A DNA stretch of 25,400 nt, taken from assembly GCA_043732305.1 (NCBI GenBank), contig JAYTHU010000194.1, forward strand, positions 1-25,400, given 5' to 3'. This document shows positions 9,881-18,458 of this stretch, in pieces. Position numbers and translations under genes: made by a program. The DNA is from Oligoflexia bacterium. Its GTDB lineage: Bacteria; Bdellovibrionota; Bdellovibrionia; JABDDW01. The first letter of the stretch is position 1; each line of letters starts with the position of its first letter. The notes below the pieces were generated by a model. The model did no database searches. It was not told the DNA's origin and was given only the letters and a program-made list of their open reading frames with translations.

Positions 9881-10412
9881 AGAATGTAAGGACCTTATCA
9901 CCATAGGCCCGTGTGTCAACGGCGGAGAGCGAATTGATTTTCGTTTCTAGCGGTTCTTTGGTCGAATGCTCGATAACCACTTTAGACGTGGGTTTCAGGG
10001 CCCTACTCACCGTTAGATTTTGCAAAGTTTTCAAGCAAATAACAGAAGGAAATGGCGGATCAATGAATATGAGATCAAACCCTTCCCCTTTATATTTTTC
10101 CAGAAATGTGATGGCCGCGTCTTTTTTAATTTCCGCCTGACCACGGACCTTCAAAATATCGATATTTTTTTTGATAACAGCTATTGATTTGGGATTATTT
10201 TCAACAAAGACAACGCTCGCAGCACCCCTAGAAATTGCCTCTAAACCAACAGAACCGGTACCCGAATACAAATCCAAAACGTGTGCACCTTCAATGTATG
10301 GCGCCCAAATATTAAATAGGCTTTCTTTCACCCGGTCTGTCATGGGACGGATGTGATCTTCGTCAAAAGAAACGAGCTTGTGTCCCTTATAATTTCCTGC
10401 AATGATTCTCAT
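9870..10412 (-). CDS. rsmD: 16S rRNA m2G966 methyltransferase
   Basis: MRIIAG, RPMTDRVKESLFN, LDLYSGTGSVGLEAISRGA, DPPF; conserved rsmD-coaD order. Confidence 0.96.
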   Translation of the reverse strand: MRIIAGNYKGHKLVSFDEDHIRPMTDRVKESLFNIWAPYIEGAHVLDLYSGTGSVGLEAISRGAASVVFVENNPKSIAVIKKNIDILKVRGQAEIKKDAAITFLEKYKGEGFDLIFIDPPFPSVICLKTLQNLTVSRALKPTSKVVIEHSTKEPLETKINSLSAVDTRAYGDKVLTFYES

Positions 10413-10442
10413 AAAATCAACTTACCAAACTTCGGATTAAAC

Positions 10443-11387
10443 GTGGATGTAAAAAAAAATAAAATTGCTTTGCTTGCTCCGCGGATAGCCGCAGGCGTTT
10501 CAGTTGGTCTTGCGATTTTTAAAATCACTATGGGGATGAAAATTTCATCCATTGCCATTCAAACGAGCGGCTATGAGTCGCTTTTTGATGCCATCATCAG
10601 CGGATTGAGCTTTTTCTTTTTGCGCATGTCTTTGCAACCCGCCGATGAAGATCACCCTTACGGACATTCGCGCATCGCTTCGCTCACCAGCTTAGCTCAA
10701 GGATTGTTTCTGTTTGTGGTGGTGTTTATTTTGGGTGAACAAGCCATTCACAAATTACATCAGCCGTTTTACGCGCACATGGCAGGTGAGTATCTGGTTG
10801 TTTCCGCCGTTGCGACGATTGTCACTGCCTTGCTTTGGGTTTATCTGAGCGTGGTAGTGAAACAAACTCGATCTCCCATTGTAGCGGCGGATCGACTCCA
10901 TTATTTTACTGATGTTGGCGCAAATCTTCTGCTGTTTGTAGGTTTCTTCATCGGCCCTCATTTCCGTCAATACAACGTCGATGCAATTTTGGCTTTGGCC
11001 CTCTGCCTTTTTATAGCCGCAGGTGCTTATCATGTGATCATGACCTCCATCAATAACTTGGTCGACCGGCAAGATCCCACCGTTGAAAAGGACATTTTAA
11101 ATGTCGTGAAGGATTTCTATCCAAGAGCATTGGGCGTAGAGAGATTGCGCAGCCGAAAATCAGGCTACCTTACCGCCGTGGATTTAGAATTAGTGTCATG
11201 TCGCAAAAGATCGCTGGAAGAAGCTAATGATCTTGCTCACGAATTAGAAGCTGCCATCTTAGAAAAGGCGAAAGATCTAGATATCTTCATTCACGCCGAG
11301 CCCTGCAAAAAATCTCAGTGTGCGACAAGCAATGATTGCTTGTTGGATTTAATTTCTAAGCGAATTGTAATCGATAAAAAAAGCTGA
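10443..11387 (+). CDS. Cation diffusion facilitator (FieF-like) transporter
   Basis: Six hydrophobic segments, PADEDHPYGH, ADRLHYFTD, LRSRKSG, FIHAEP; start uncertain (GTG 10443 chosen to avoid overlapping rsmD). Confidence 0.88.
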   Translation: MDVKKNKIALLAPRIAAGVSVGLAIFKITMGMKISSIAIQTSGYESLFDAIISGLSFFFLRMSLQPADEDHPYGHSRIASLTSLAQGLFLFVVVFILGEQAIHKLHQPFYAHMAGEYLVVSAVATIVTALLWVYLSVVVKQTRSPIVAADRLHYFTDVGANLLLFVGFFIGPHFRQYNVDAILALALCLFIAAGAYHVIMTSINNLVDRQDPTVEKDILNVVKDFYPRALGVERLRSRKSGYLTAVDLELVSCRKRSLEEANDLAHELEAAILEKAKDLDIFIHAEPCKKSQCATSNDCLLDLISKRIVIDKKS

Positions 11388-11708
11388 GAGCGCATTTTTA
11401 AAATCTGGGGAAGCATTTTTGAAATGGAATTCAACCACATGTTCTTTTTGCGCTTTGCCTTGAGAAAGAATTCCACTTGTCACTTTGTCAGAAATTTTGA
11501 ACGCGATAACCGGAACTTCGACAAACTTTTGAACCAGGGGCATTTCAAAGTTGGCCATGCAAATTTCTCCAGGCCGAATAATTCCATCCCCAATATCACA
11601 AACAAACCCAACAGCGTTCATGGCGGAAATTTTCCCGTTAAGCACTGTTTCATTCTTTTTAATTTGGCATTTGATTGGAAAAACTTGATTACGTCTTCTA
11701 TTAGCCAT
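11349..11708 (-). CDS. PilZ-like domain protein (degenerate)
   Basis: N-terminal NRRR, beta-rich 119 aa, G.I..(MNAVG), C-terminal VEFHF; last gene of the operon. Confidence 0.6.
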   Translation of the reverse strand: MANRRRNQVFPIKCQIKKNETVLNGKISAMNAVGFVCDIGDGIIRPGEICMANFEMPLVQKFVEVPVIAFKISDKVTSGILSQGKAQKEHVVEFHFKNASPDFKNALSAFFIDYNSLRN

Positions 11709-11711
11709 GTT

Positions 11712-12095
11712 TTATTTTTTCATAAGTTGTTGAGCTCTTTTGACCACATCGAAAACATTTTCAAAAGGTTTTTGTATAAAGTCGTCGGCGCCAATCTCTA
11801 GTGCACTTTCCTTATGTTTGACACTGGAATGTGCAGTCATCAAGATAACTACATGTTTATGGTAATTTGCAATGTTTTCCGTTCCAGTTTGTTTGTTATA
11901 TTCCTGGATAACTTGCGGACCCGACATGCCAGGCATAACCACATCCAGGAATACCACATCAGGCTTTTTCATATTCCAAAGCATCAACCCCTCTTCCCCG
12001 GTGTGCGCCAGAAAAACTTCATGTCCGGAAGCTAAAAAAGCCCTCTTGAGAGCTTTCGCCACAATCACTTCGTCATCGACGATCAAAACTTTCAT
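11712..12095 (-). CDS. Single-domain response regulator (REC)
   Basis: VLIVDDE, FLDVVMPGMSG, MTAH, GADDFIQKPF; ATGA overlap with the kinase. Confidence 0.95.
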   Translation of the reverse strand: MKVLIVDDEVIVAKALKRAFLASGHEVFLAHTGEEGLMLWNMKKPDVVFLDVVMPGMSGPQVIQEYNKQTGTENIANYHKHVVILMTAHSSVKHKESALEIGADDFIQKPFENVFDVVKRAQQLMKK

Positions 12096-14152
12096 ATCTT
12101 AGGAAATGAGATGACAAAGCTTGTGCCTTTTCCGAGTTCGCTTTTCAAAACCATTTCCCCTCCATGTTTTTCGACTATGTTTCTACTGACGGATAATCCG
12201 AGACCCGTTCCTACGCCCACTTCTTTGGTGGTGAAAAAAGGCTCAAATACTCGATCTTGTATTTCTGGGGACATTCCAGGGCCTGAATCGGTGAACGAAA
12301 TAAAGACGTTATTTCTCTTAGCCCAAGTTTTAATTGTGATTGTTCCGCCGCTGGGCATGGCCTGGCATGCGTTATTCAAAAGATTAAAAAAGACCTGCTG
12401 AAGTTCACTGGATTGAGTCTTGATCAAGGGCAAATCTTCACCCAGATGCACCTGCAAACTCTGATGACGAAGAGCCGTTTTTAAAAGCGGAATTGTACTT
12501 GTCACGACTTCGTTTATATTCGCAGAGAGTAAAGCCGCCTGAGGGGCTTCGCTAAAATTAAGCAAATTTTTGATGATATCTTGGCAGCGCACAGCAGCTT
12601 TTTCGATTTCGTCTAAATCCTGATGATGAGGAGTTCCCACGGGAATCTCATTTTTTAGAACTTGAGACATGGCGCGCAGTCCAGACAGAGGATTGTTCAA
12701 TTCGTGAGCTATATTTCCAGCAAGCAAACCTACTGCTGCTAATTTTTCCGATTGCACAAGCTTCATGTAAAGTTCGCGCTCACGACTTATATCAGTGTAA
12801 TGATTTACCACTCTTACCACTCGATCAAACGGATCACGACCAGCTTCCCCCAAAGTCTTAACGGGATAACTGTTCACGCGAAAAGTTTTTTGCTTTTTTG
12901 TACGGACTAAATTGTTTGCAGGCTCCATTTTGAGAAGCGCATCAGGCATGGGACAGCCGTCACAAATTTCTGTTCGATTATCTAGCATTTCATAACATTG
13001 AGTTTTTTTATCTCGGAAGAAACTTTTGTTGGCTCTAATCACACGCTCTTGATTATCGACTACCGCAATAGGATCATGAAAAGCACTGAAGGTTGCTTGC
13101 CACTGTTGAGTGGCCGCGAGCAACTGCTCCGTCAATAATATTTTATCCAACACGATGGAAACAACTTGCAGGCGCTCAGTGATTCGGTCGAGAAATTCCG
13201 AAAGTTTTTCTTGTTTCAAATTGTGATCAATAAAAATAACTGCGAGAGGCTTCGAAGCTTCCCTACCACGCACTGGTATGACAGCAAGATGCATGGGATC
13301 TTTTTTAATTTGTCTCTGCCACCATTCTAAATCTTTTTCCGAGTCAAATCTGAGCGAAAGTTCCTCAAAATGCTCTGGAATATTTGCAAAAGTTTTTTCA
13401 TGCAGGGTCCGTGCCTGGGTCCAAAACACTTTGCCGCGTTCTGAACCTTCGAGCACCATGAAATACAATACAGAAACTCCCTGATAGCGCCATAACTCTT
13501 GATTCAGGGTCTCGTATAGTTCTTCAGAACTTGTGACGCGCGAAAGATTTTTAACAAAACTCACAAGCTCTTTAACCGAGCGTTGTTTGCTCTCTGCCTG
13601 TTGACGGCTCTCTTCTATATTCTGGGTACGCTTAAAAACTTCGGTTTCTAAATTTTGCGAAAGTTCTTCCATGCGTTGGTTCTGTCCGCCAATATCATGA
13701 ATGAGCTGAGCATTCATTTTCAAACGTTGCGCGTGCTGCACAGCCGCTTCCACGCCAAGCAACAATTCCGGCTCATCCCATGGCTTAGTGATAAATCTGA
13801 AAACGGCAGCGCGATTGATTGCCTCTTGGATGACCTCATACTCAAGATACCCCGTAAGCATGAGACGTCCCACTTGTGGCTTTTTACGTTTCACTTGTTC
13901 CAGAAGTTCGGTTCCGGTCATACCCGGCATTCGAAAATCAGAGACGATGGCATCAAAGTCTTCAGACTCAATAAGCTCCAAGGCCTTCAGAGGATTTTGT
14001 TCTGTTCTTACTTCAAAATTTTTGCCGCGGAAGATTCGACGGGCCGAAGCGAGAATACCTTCTTCGTCGTCTACAAAAAGAATCTTAGGTTGCGCGTTCA
14101 GGCTCGTTGTCTGATTGGCCAAGTTTATAGATCTCACTTTTCCATTGATCAA
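12092..14152 (-). CDS. Hybrid sensor histidine kinase (REC - coiled coil - GAF-like - PAS-like - HisKA - HATPase)
   Basis: ILFVDDE/SDFRMPGM/KPW receiver; QSEKLAAVG..AHELNNPL H-box; NLLNNACQAM, DSGPG, FEPFFTTK, GTGLGL. True start may be TTG at 14122. Confidence 0.94.
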   Translation of the reverse strand: MINGKVRSINLANQTTSLNAQPKILFVDDEEGILASARRIFRGKNFEVRTEQNPLKALELIESEDFDAIVSDFRMPGMTGTELLEQVKRKKPQVGRLMLTGYLEYEVIQEAINRAAVFRFITKPWDEPELLLGVEAAVQHAQRLKMNAQLIHDIGGQNQRMEELSQNLETEVFKRTQNIEESRQQAESKQRSVKELVSFVKNLSRVTSSEELYETLNQELWRYQGVSVLYFMVLEGSERGKVFWTQARTLHEKTFANIPEHFEELSLRFDSEKDLEWWQRQIKKDPMHLAVIPVRGREASKPLAVIFIDHNLKQEKLSEFLDRITERLQVVSIVLDKILLTEQLLAATQQWQATFSAFHDPIAVVDNQERVIRANKSFFRDKKTQCYEMLDNRTEICDGCPMPDALLKMEPANNLVRTKKQKTFRVNSYPVKTLGEAGRDPFDRVVRVVNHYTDISRERELYMKLVQSEKLAAVGLLAGNIAHELNNPLSGLRAMSQVLKNEIPVGTPHHQDLDEIEKAAVRCQDIIKNLLNFSEAPQAALLSANINEVVTSTIPLLKTALRHQSLQVHLGEDLPLIKTQSSELQQVFFNLLNNACQAMPSGGTITIKTWAKRNNVFISFTDSGPGMSPEIQDRVFEPFFTTKEVGVGTGLGLSVSRNIVEKHGGEMVLKSELGKGTSFVISFPKI

Positions 14153-14708
14153 GAACAGTCATCATCTCATATTCTAGAAGGTCTGCGACCAATTGATAGT
14201 CTTTTTTCTCATAGCCATCGATAATGTCAGATAAAATCAAGGGTGTGCGAGCCTCGGCATTTTGCCATTCGGCAGATACTTCTGTGCGGACTGATTCATA
14301 AACAATTCGAAAATGAGTGGCCAGTTCATAGAAAGCTTTGAAAGTTTCCAGAGCGGTCTCTTGGTAATGAAAAGCGTAGTTAAATTCTTTGTCTCGTAAG
14401 AGAATACTGATTTTGTCGAACGCGAAAGTAAGTTTCTCTATATATTCTCTGCAACCCATCAAACTTTCGTCCAGTAGATTTTCAGGAGTTTCAGATTCAA
14501 CACGAATTTCGGCAATCTCCGCGAGCTTCACCATGGAAAACTTTTTTTCCTCTTCCTCACGAAGCTTGATTCCATTTACAGAAACGGAGCACATCACTCG
14601 CCCTTGACTATGATTCCAAGCGGTCAGTGCATCAATGAGCTCTCCTAATGTTTGGGATTGTGGGAATTTTGCATGAAGATCTCGAGTGAGCCAGTAATTT
14701 TCGATCAT
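14085..14708 (-). CDS. Hypothetical protein with C-terminal ADLLEYE motif
   Basis: 207-aa ORF, GAGG RBS, ATGA overlap with GT9; helical C-terminus ending D...VADLLEYE, a pattern I associate with flagellin-modification loci (unverified). Confidence 0.75.
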   Translation of the reverse strand: MIENYWLTRDLHAKFPQSQTLGELIDALTAWNHSQGRVMCSVSVNGIKLREEEEKKFSMVKLAEIAEIRVESETPENLLDESLMGCREYIEKLTFAFDKISILLRDKEFNYAFHYQETALETFKAFYELATHFRIVYESVRTEVSAEWQNAEARTPLILSDIIDGYEKKDYQLVADLLEYEMMTVLDQWKSEIYKLGQSDNEPERAT

Positions 14709-16165
14709 AAAAACACCTCTCTCTCCGGAGCAAACATTTTTTCACTCCAGACACCGGTTTGAGTTTTGAGCCAGTCGAAAGAAGCCAGCGTTTCGCGAAT
14801 AATTTGATCTTGATCAGCTGGAGGAATATTTTCTTTCCGACATATAAAATGATCAACCAAAGGAGCGAGGACTGGGTCTAAAGATTTTATTTCAGCAAGT
14901 ATGCTATCCGTGTTTACGATCATCTTGAGAGCACGGGTGTATGTCCGATCCTTCTCAAATTTTTTGATTTGGGAAATGACAATATCGCTGAGTTCGTTCA
15001 TTTTAGTTACAATTTCATTCTGTGATTTTGAGAGTACCGGTTTTTCTCCACCGAAGGTAAGCCACATCAAAGTGCTCCAACCCAGATCTGCGGGACTTTT
15101 TTCTGCAAGTAAACGTCGATCATCAAAGCGAAGGGGTTTTTCACCGTCGCAAACAATTGATTGGGATTCGTTAGACTGCCATTTTGTCATGACTAGAAAC
15201 TCGGAAAAAACTTTTTGACTCATGAGATCATGAGAAACAGGACTAACCAAAACATGGCTGCCCTTTGTAACCGGACCGGTTTCCCAAAAATTCACATCGC
15301 CAATACTTAAATTGAGCGTGCGACACCCCACACTGTCAGCCACGTGCATCGGGCCACTGTCTGCGCCAATGAACAACTCTGACTGGGATAGAACTCGCGC
15401 CAATTCTGGAAAACTGGTTTGCCCAACAAGATTCGTGATATTTCCGTTCACGTTTTTGACAATAAATTCCGCGCGCTCAAGATCATCTTTCCCGCCCACT
15501 AAAATAACAGGATGACCATGAGCAATTATTTTCGAAATCAACTCCGCCCAATGTGCCATAGGCCAAGTTTTGAAATCTTGGCTCGCACCCAAATGGCAGG
15601 CGATTTTTTCTGCGGAACTGATCGAAGGCTTTTTTTGACTGAAAGAGTAGGTAATGAAATCTTCGCTCTTTAGTTCACAATTAGCAACCATCGCAAAAAG
15701 ATCGATCACGTGAATGCGATTTGATTTTCCCACTCCAACGTGTGCTTTAAAATAAAGCGATGCCTCATCACGAATGTGAAGATAAAAATCAGATGTCCGA
15801 GTGTAACCGCGCACCTCAGTGTTTTCATCTGAAATTAAGTGAGTGATAAAACTGCTGGAAGGAGAAAAAGAAAGATTGATGACTTGATCAAATTTTTCTT
15901 GTTTGAGCGATGCTATAAATTGACTCAACTCTCCAATGGAAGGTCCAAAGTCAGTTGAATCTTCCAGCAACGGTTTTATCCATTTTTCCGTATCCATTTC
16001 CCAAACGTGATCCGCCCAAGGAATAGGTTTCACGGCCGCAGCAAATTTTTTACGAACCATCAAGTGAATTTCTGCTCCACTGTATTTTCGTGCTAGTGCC
16101 GCAAGAACGGGAGTAGTGCAAAAAATATCACCGGGACGAGTTATTTGTATTACTAATATTTTCAT
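14705..16165 (-). CDS. Glycosyltransferase family 9 (heptosyltransferase-like) with C-terminal extension
   Basis: ILVIQITRPGDI, FDQVINL, HLGAS..FKTWP, NLVGQTS, FIGADSGPMHVA, ETGP. Confidence 0.9.
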   Translation of the reverse strand: MKILVIQITRPGDIFCTTPVLAALARKYSGAEIHLMVRKKFAAAVKPIPWADHVWEMDTEKWIKPLLEDSTDFGPSIGELSQFIASLKQEKFDQVINLSFSPSSSFITHLISDENTEVRGYTRTSDFYLHIRDEASLYFKAHVGVGKSNRIHVIDLFAMVANCELKSEDFITYSFSQKKPSISSAEKIACHLGASQDFKTWPMAHWAELISKIIAHGHPVILVGGKDDLERAEFIVKNVNGNITNLVGQTSFPELARVLSQSELFIGADSGPMHVADSVGCRTLNLSIGDVNFWETGPVTKGSHVLVSPVSHDLMSQKVFSEFLVMTKWQSNESQSIVCDGEKPLRFDDRRLLAEKSPADLGWSTLMWLTFGGEKPVLSKSQNEIVTKMNELSDIVISQIKKFEKDRTYTRALKMIVNTDSILAEIKSLDPVLAPLVDHFICRKENIPPADQDQIIRETLASFDWLKTQTGVWSEKMFAPEREVFL

Positions 16166-16343
16166 TTTCTTGTTTTTTTCCGTCTAATTGTTCGAGGACT
16201 AATTCGTTTAGTAAAAATATGATTTCGCTTTTATTAGAGTAGTCGCGAGTCTCTCTCAGCTGCTGGGTCAACCCCTCTAAACTTTTCAATGTCAAATCGA
16301 GCTTTTCTGCCAAGACTTGGCCTAAAACTTTACTTTTTTTCAT
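16128..16343 (-). CDS. Small hypothetical protein (helical)
   Basis: MKKSKV start overlaps the TPR stop as ATGA, AAGGA RBS; fills the gap between TPR and GT9. Confidence 0.6.
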   Translation of the reverse strand: MKKSKVLGQVLAEKLDLTLKSLEGLTQQLRETRDYSNKSEIIFLLNELVLEQLDGKKQENENISNTNNSSR

Positions 16344-17461
16344 TTCGCATCCTTTGTTGTGTTGTTTTTTTGACAAATAATTTCTAGCAGTTCCTGGGCG
16401 TCATTATGAGTGGGTTCAAGAGCTAGAAGACGTTCAAGTTCCATCTCGGATTCTAAAAAGCAAGCCGCTTCAAATAAGAGACCCGCCAAAGTGTAAATCA
16501 TAGAAGTGTCATTCTGATTTTGGAATGAATAGACCGACACTCTTTCAATAGCGTTCGTGAAATCTCGATCTTCAAAAGACCATTGCACCAGTAGTTGCAG
16601 TGAAACTAAATTTTCCGAGTTAATATCCAAAGACTTGAGCAGCATTTCTTTAGCCCAAATAAAATCCTTCTTCTCGCGGGCCACAAGGGAAACACCACAC
16701 CAAGCCCGATCATTGTAGGGATTGATGTCCACGGCTTCTTTAAAAGCCTCAAATGCCTTTTTGAAATCCCGTCGGTAGAAATGGAGCGATCCGAGATTAA
16801 CTTGAAGGGCATCCGAGTGCGGTCTCAACGTGAAAGCTTTGTTATAGTTTTCTTCAGCTGATTCCAAATCACCCAACCGCATAAAACTGTTACCTAGGTT
16901 TTTATGAAGATCAAAAAGTCTGGGACTTTCAGAATGACAGTAGCTCAGAGCTTCAACCCAGGCGTCTTTTGCGAAAGCATCTTGTTTTAGCTCATAATAA
17001 ATTTCGCCCATCTCGTACAGATCTTGATCGGATTTGCGATGAATTCGCAGTTGGCCGTAACATTTGAGCGCAGAAGAATAATCACCTGCTTGCTTGAAAC
17101 ACCAGCCCATCCAACGAATGGCTTCACAGTGATATGGCTGGCGCCTGAGAAGATCGCCCAAAATATGTCGAGCCAGAACGAATTCTCCGTTGTCTATCAG
17201 GAGAAGTGCATTCCTCAGCAGAAATCCGCTTACAGATGCTTCTGTGGGAAGCGGGGGCATATCCTTGATCGTTGCTCCCGAAAAACTAACTTCATTTTGA
17301 ATGACAAACTGTGTTTTGTCTTCCGTGTCCAACTCGTCAAATGATTTGAACGCTTCTTCTAGTCGACCAAAAATTCGTAATTTTTTAATCTTGCTTGGAA
17401 TTATTTCGCCAAGCGCTTTAGGCGAATTTTTATTTTTTCTTTTCTCGAGGATTTTTTCCAT
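16340..17461 (-). CDS. Tetratricopeptide repeat protein
   Basis: Repeats such as NLGNSFMRLGDLESAEENYNKAFTLRP and NLGSLHFYRRDFKKAFEAFKEAVDINP; GGAGG RBS. Confidence 0.92.
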   Translation of the reverse strand: MEKILEKRKNKNSPKALGEIIPSKIKKLRIFGRLEEAFKSFDELDTEDKTQFVIQNEVSFSGATIKDMPPLPTEASVSGFLLRNALLLIDNGEFVLARHILGDLLRRQPYHCEAIRWMGWCFKQAGDYSSALKCYGQLRIHRKSDQDLYEMGEIYYELKQDAFAKDAWVEALSYCHSESPRLFDLHKNLGNSFMRLGDLESAEENYNKAFTLRPHSDALQVNLGSLHFYRRDFKKAFEAFKEAVDINPYNDRAWCGVSLVAREKKDFIWAKEMLLKSLDINSENLVSLQLLVQWSFEDRDFTNAIERVSVYSFQNQNDTSMIYTLAGLLFEAACFLESEMELERLLALEPTHNDAQELLEIICQKNNTTKDAK

Positions 17462-17485
17462 TGTGCCCCTCCAGCAACTTGATAG

Positions 17486-17502
17486 AGCAACACAAATGCC
17501 AA
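17486..17502 (-). promoter_or_regulatory. sigma54 (RpoN) -24/-12 promoter
   Basis: Minus strand TTGGCAT-TTGTG-TTGCT matches TGGCAC-N5-TTGC; predicted start ~17475, just before the GGAGG RBS of the TPR gene. Confidence 0.85.
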
Positions 17503-17567
17503 GTTATTTTAATTGCCTACTGCGAATTATGAGATATGGAATGGAGAACTAGACTGATGGTCGGTCA

Positions 17568-17609
17568 AAACAAAAAACCAGGGTCAAAAGAATGACATTC
17601 TTTTGACCC
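17568..17609 (-). terminator. Intrinsic terminator of the flaG-fliD-fliS-fliT-like operon
   Basis: Inverted repeat GGGTCAAAAGAATG-A-CATTCTTTTGACCC (17581-17609) followed on the minus strand by TGGTTTTTTGTTTT. Confidence 0.8.
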
Positions 17610-17627
17610 ATTAGGCTCATTGAACAA

Positions 17628-18050
17628 TTAAGCTTCTTCGTCTAGATTTGATTCGGGATTATAACTCTTGAAGGAACCAATTGTCTTTTTATTCCTTCTG
17701 ACAGTTTGCAGATCGAGAATAATTTGAGATTTGGCTTCATCAATGATCTGCATAATTTGTAAGTCTTGATCAAGAATAGAATGAAGATGACCATCTTTTA
17801 GCTCTAAGAAATTTTGCACTTTGCGTTTAACTTCAGATGGGATAGAAATCGTGTTCACATCTTTCATGCGTTCATCGATCATCTCGTCTATGTGTTTGAC
17901 GATGTTGAGCATCGCCTCGCGCTCTTCTCGAAATTCTTCCAGTCCGGAGAAATCTTTGACGAGTAGCTTTTGAATTTTATTTCGATTGAGCGAAACAAAT
18001 TTCTCAAGCAGATTATTTTTTTCTTGCAGAAGTTGAATGGTTTTAATCAT
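17628..18050 (-). CDS. FliT/FlgN-like flagellar export chaperone
   Basis: 140-aa helical protein translationally coupled (ATGA) to fliS; function inferred from position. Confidence 0.6.
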   Translation of the reverse strand: MIKTIQLLQEKNNLLEKFVSLNRNKIQKLLVKDFSGLEEFREEREAMLNIVKHIDEMIDERMKDVNTISIPSEVKRKVQNFLELKDGHLHSILDQDLQIMQIIDEAKSQIILDLQTVRRNKKTIGSFKSYNPESNLDEEA

Positions 18051-18451
18051 GGTTCCCCCACGGAATTGGTTTTTTGTTTCTTAATTGAATCGATTGCTTG
18101 GACCCAACCCTCATTCAAAGTGCTAAGCACCTTAAGCGAATTATGAAGGCATGTGACATCACCTTTGGCATTGGCTTGCGTCAGTTGGTCCATCAAGTAC
18201 ATGTAAAGTTGTTCTAGATTTTTTGCGATGTCGCCACCGACTTCAAAATTAAGTGTGTTACTTAATTCCATGATAATGTCGTAGGCCTTCCCGATATATA
18301 GACCTCGGTCACCGATGTTCTTGGTCTCACATGCAACGATGGCTTGTTTTGTGAATTTAATGGCACCTTCATACAGCATGAGCAAGAGCTTTTCGCGACT
18401 CGCACTAGTCACTGCAGTTTGCTTGTATTTCTGATAAACGTTTGTACTCAT
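18047..18451 (-). CDS. fliS: Flagellin chaperone FliS
   Basis: YQKY....V.SAS.EKLLLMLYEGAI, KAYDII.EL..TLN, GGDIAKNL.QLY.Y, W.QA. Confidence 0.97.
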   Translation of the reverse strand: MSTNVYQKYKQTAVTSASREKLLLMLYEGAIKFTKQAIVACETKNIGDRGLYIGKAYDIIMELSNTLNFEVGGDIAKNLEQLYMYLMDQLTQANAKGDVTCLHNSLKVLSTLNEGWVQAIDSIKKQKTNSVGEP

Positions 18452-18458
18452 TTAAAAA

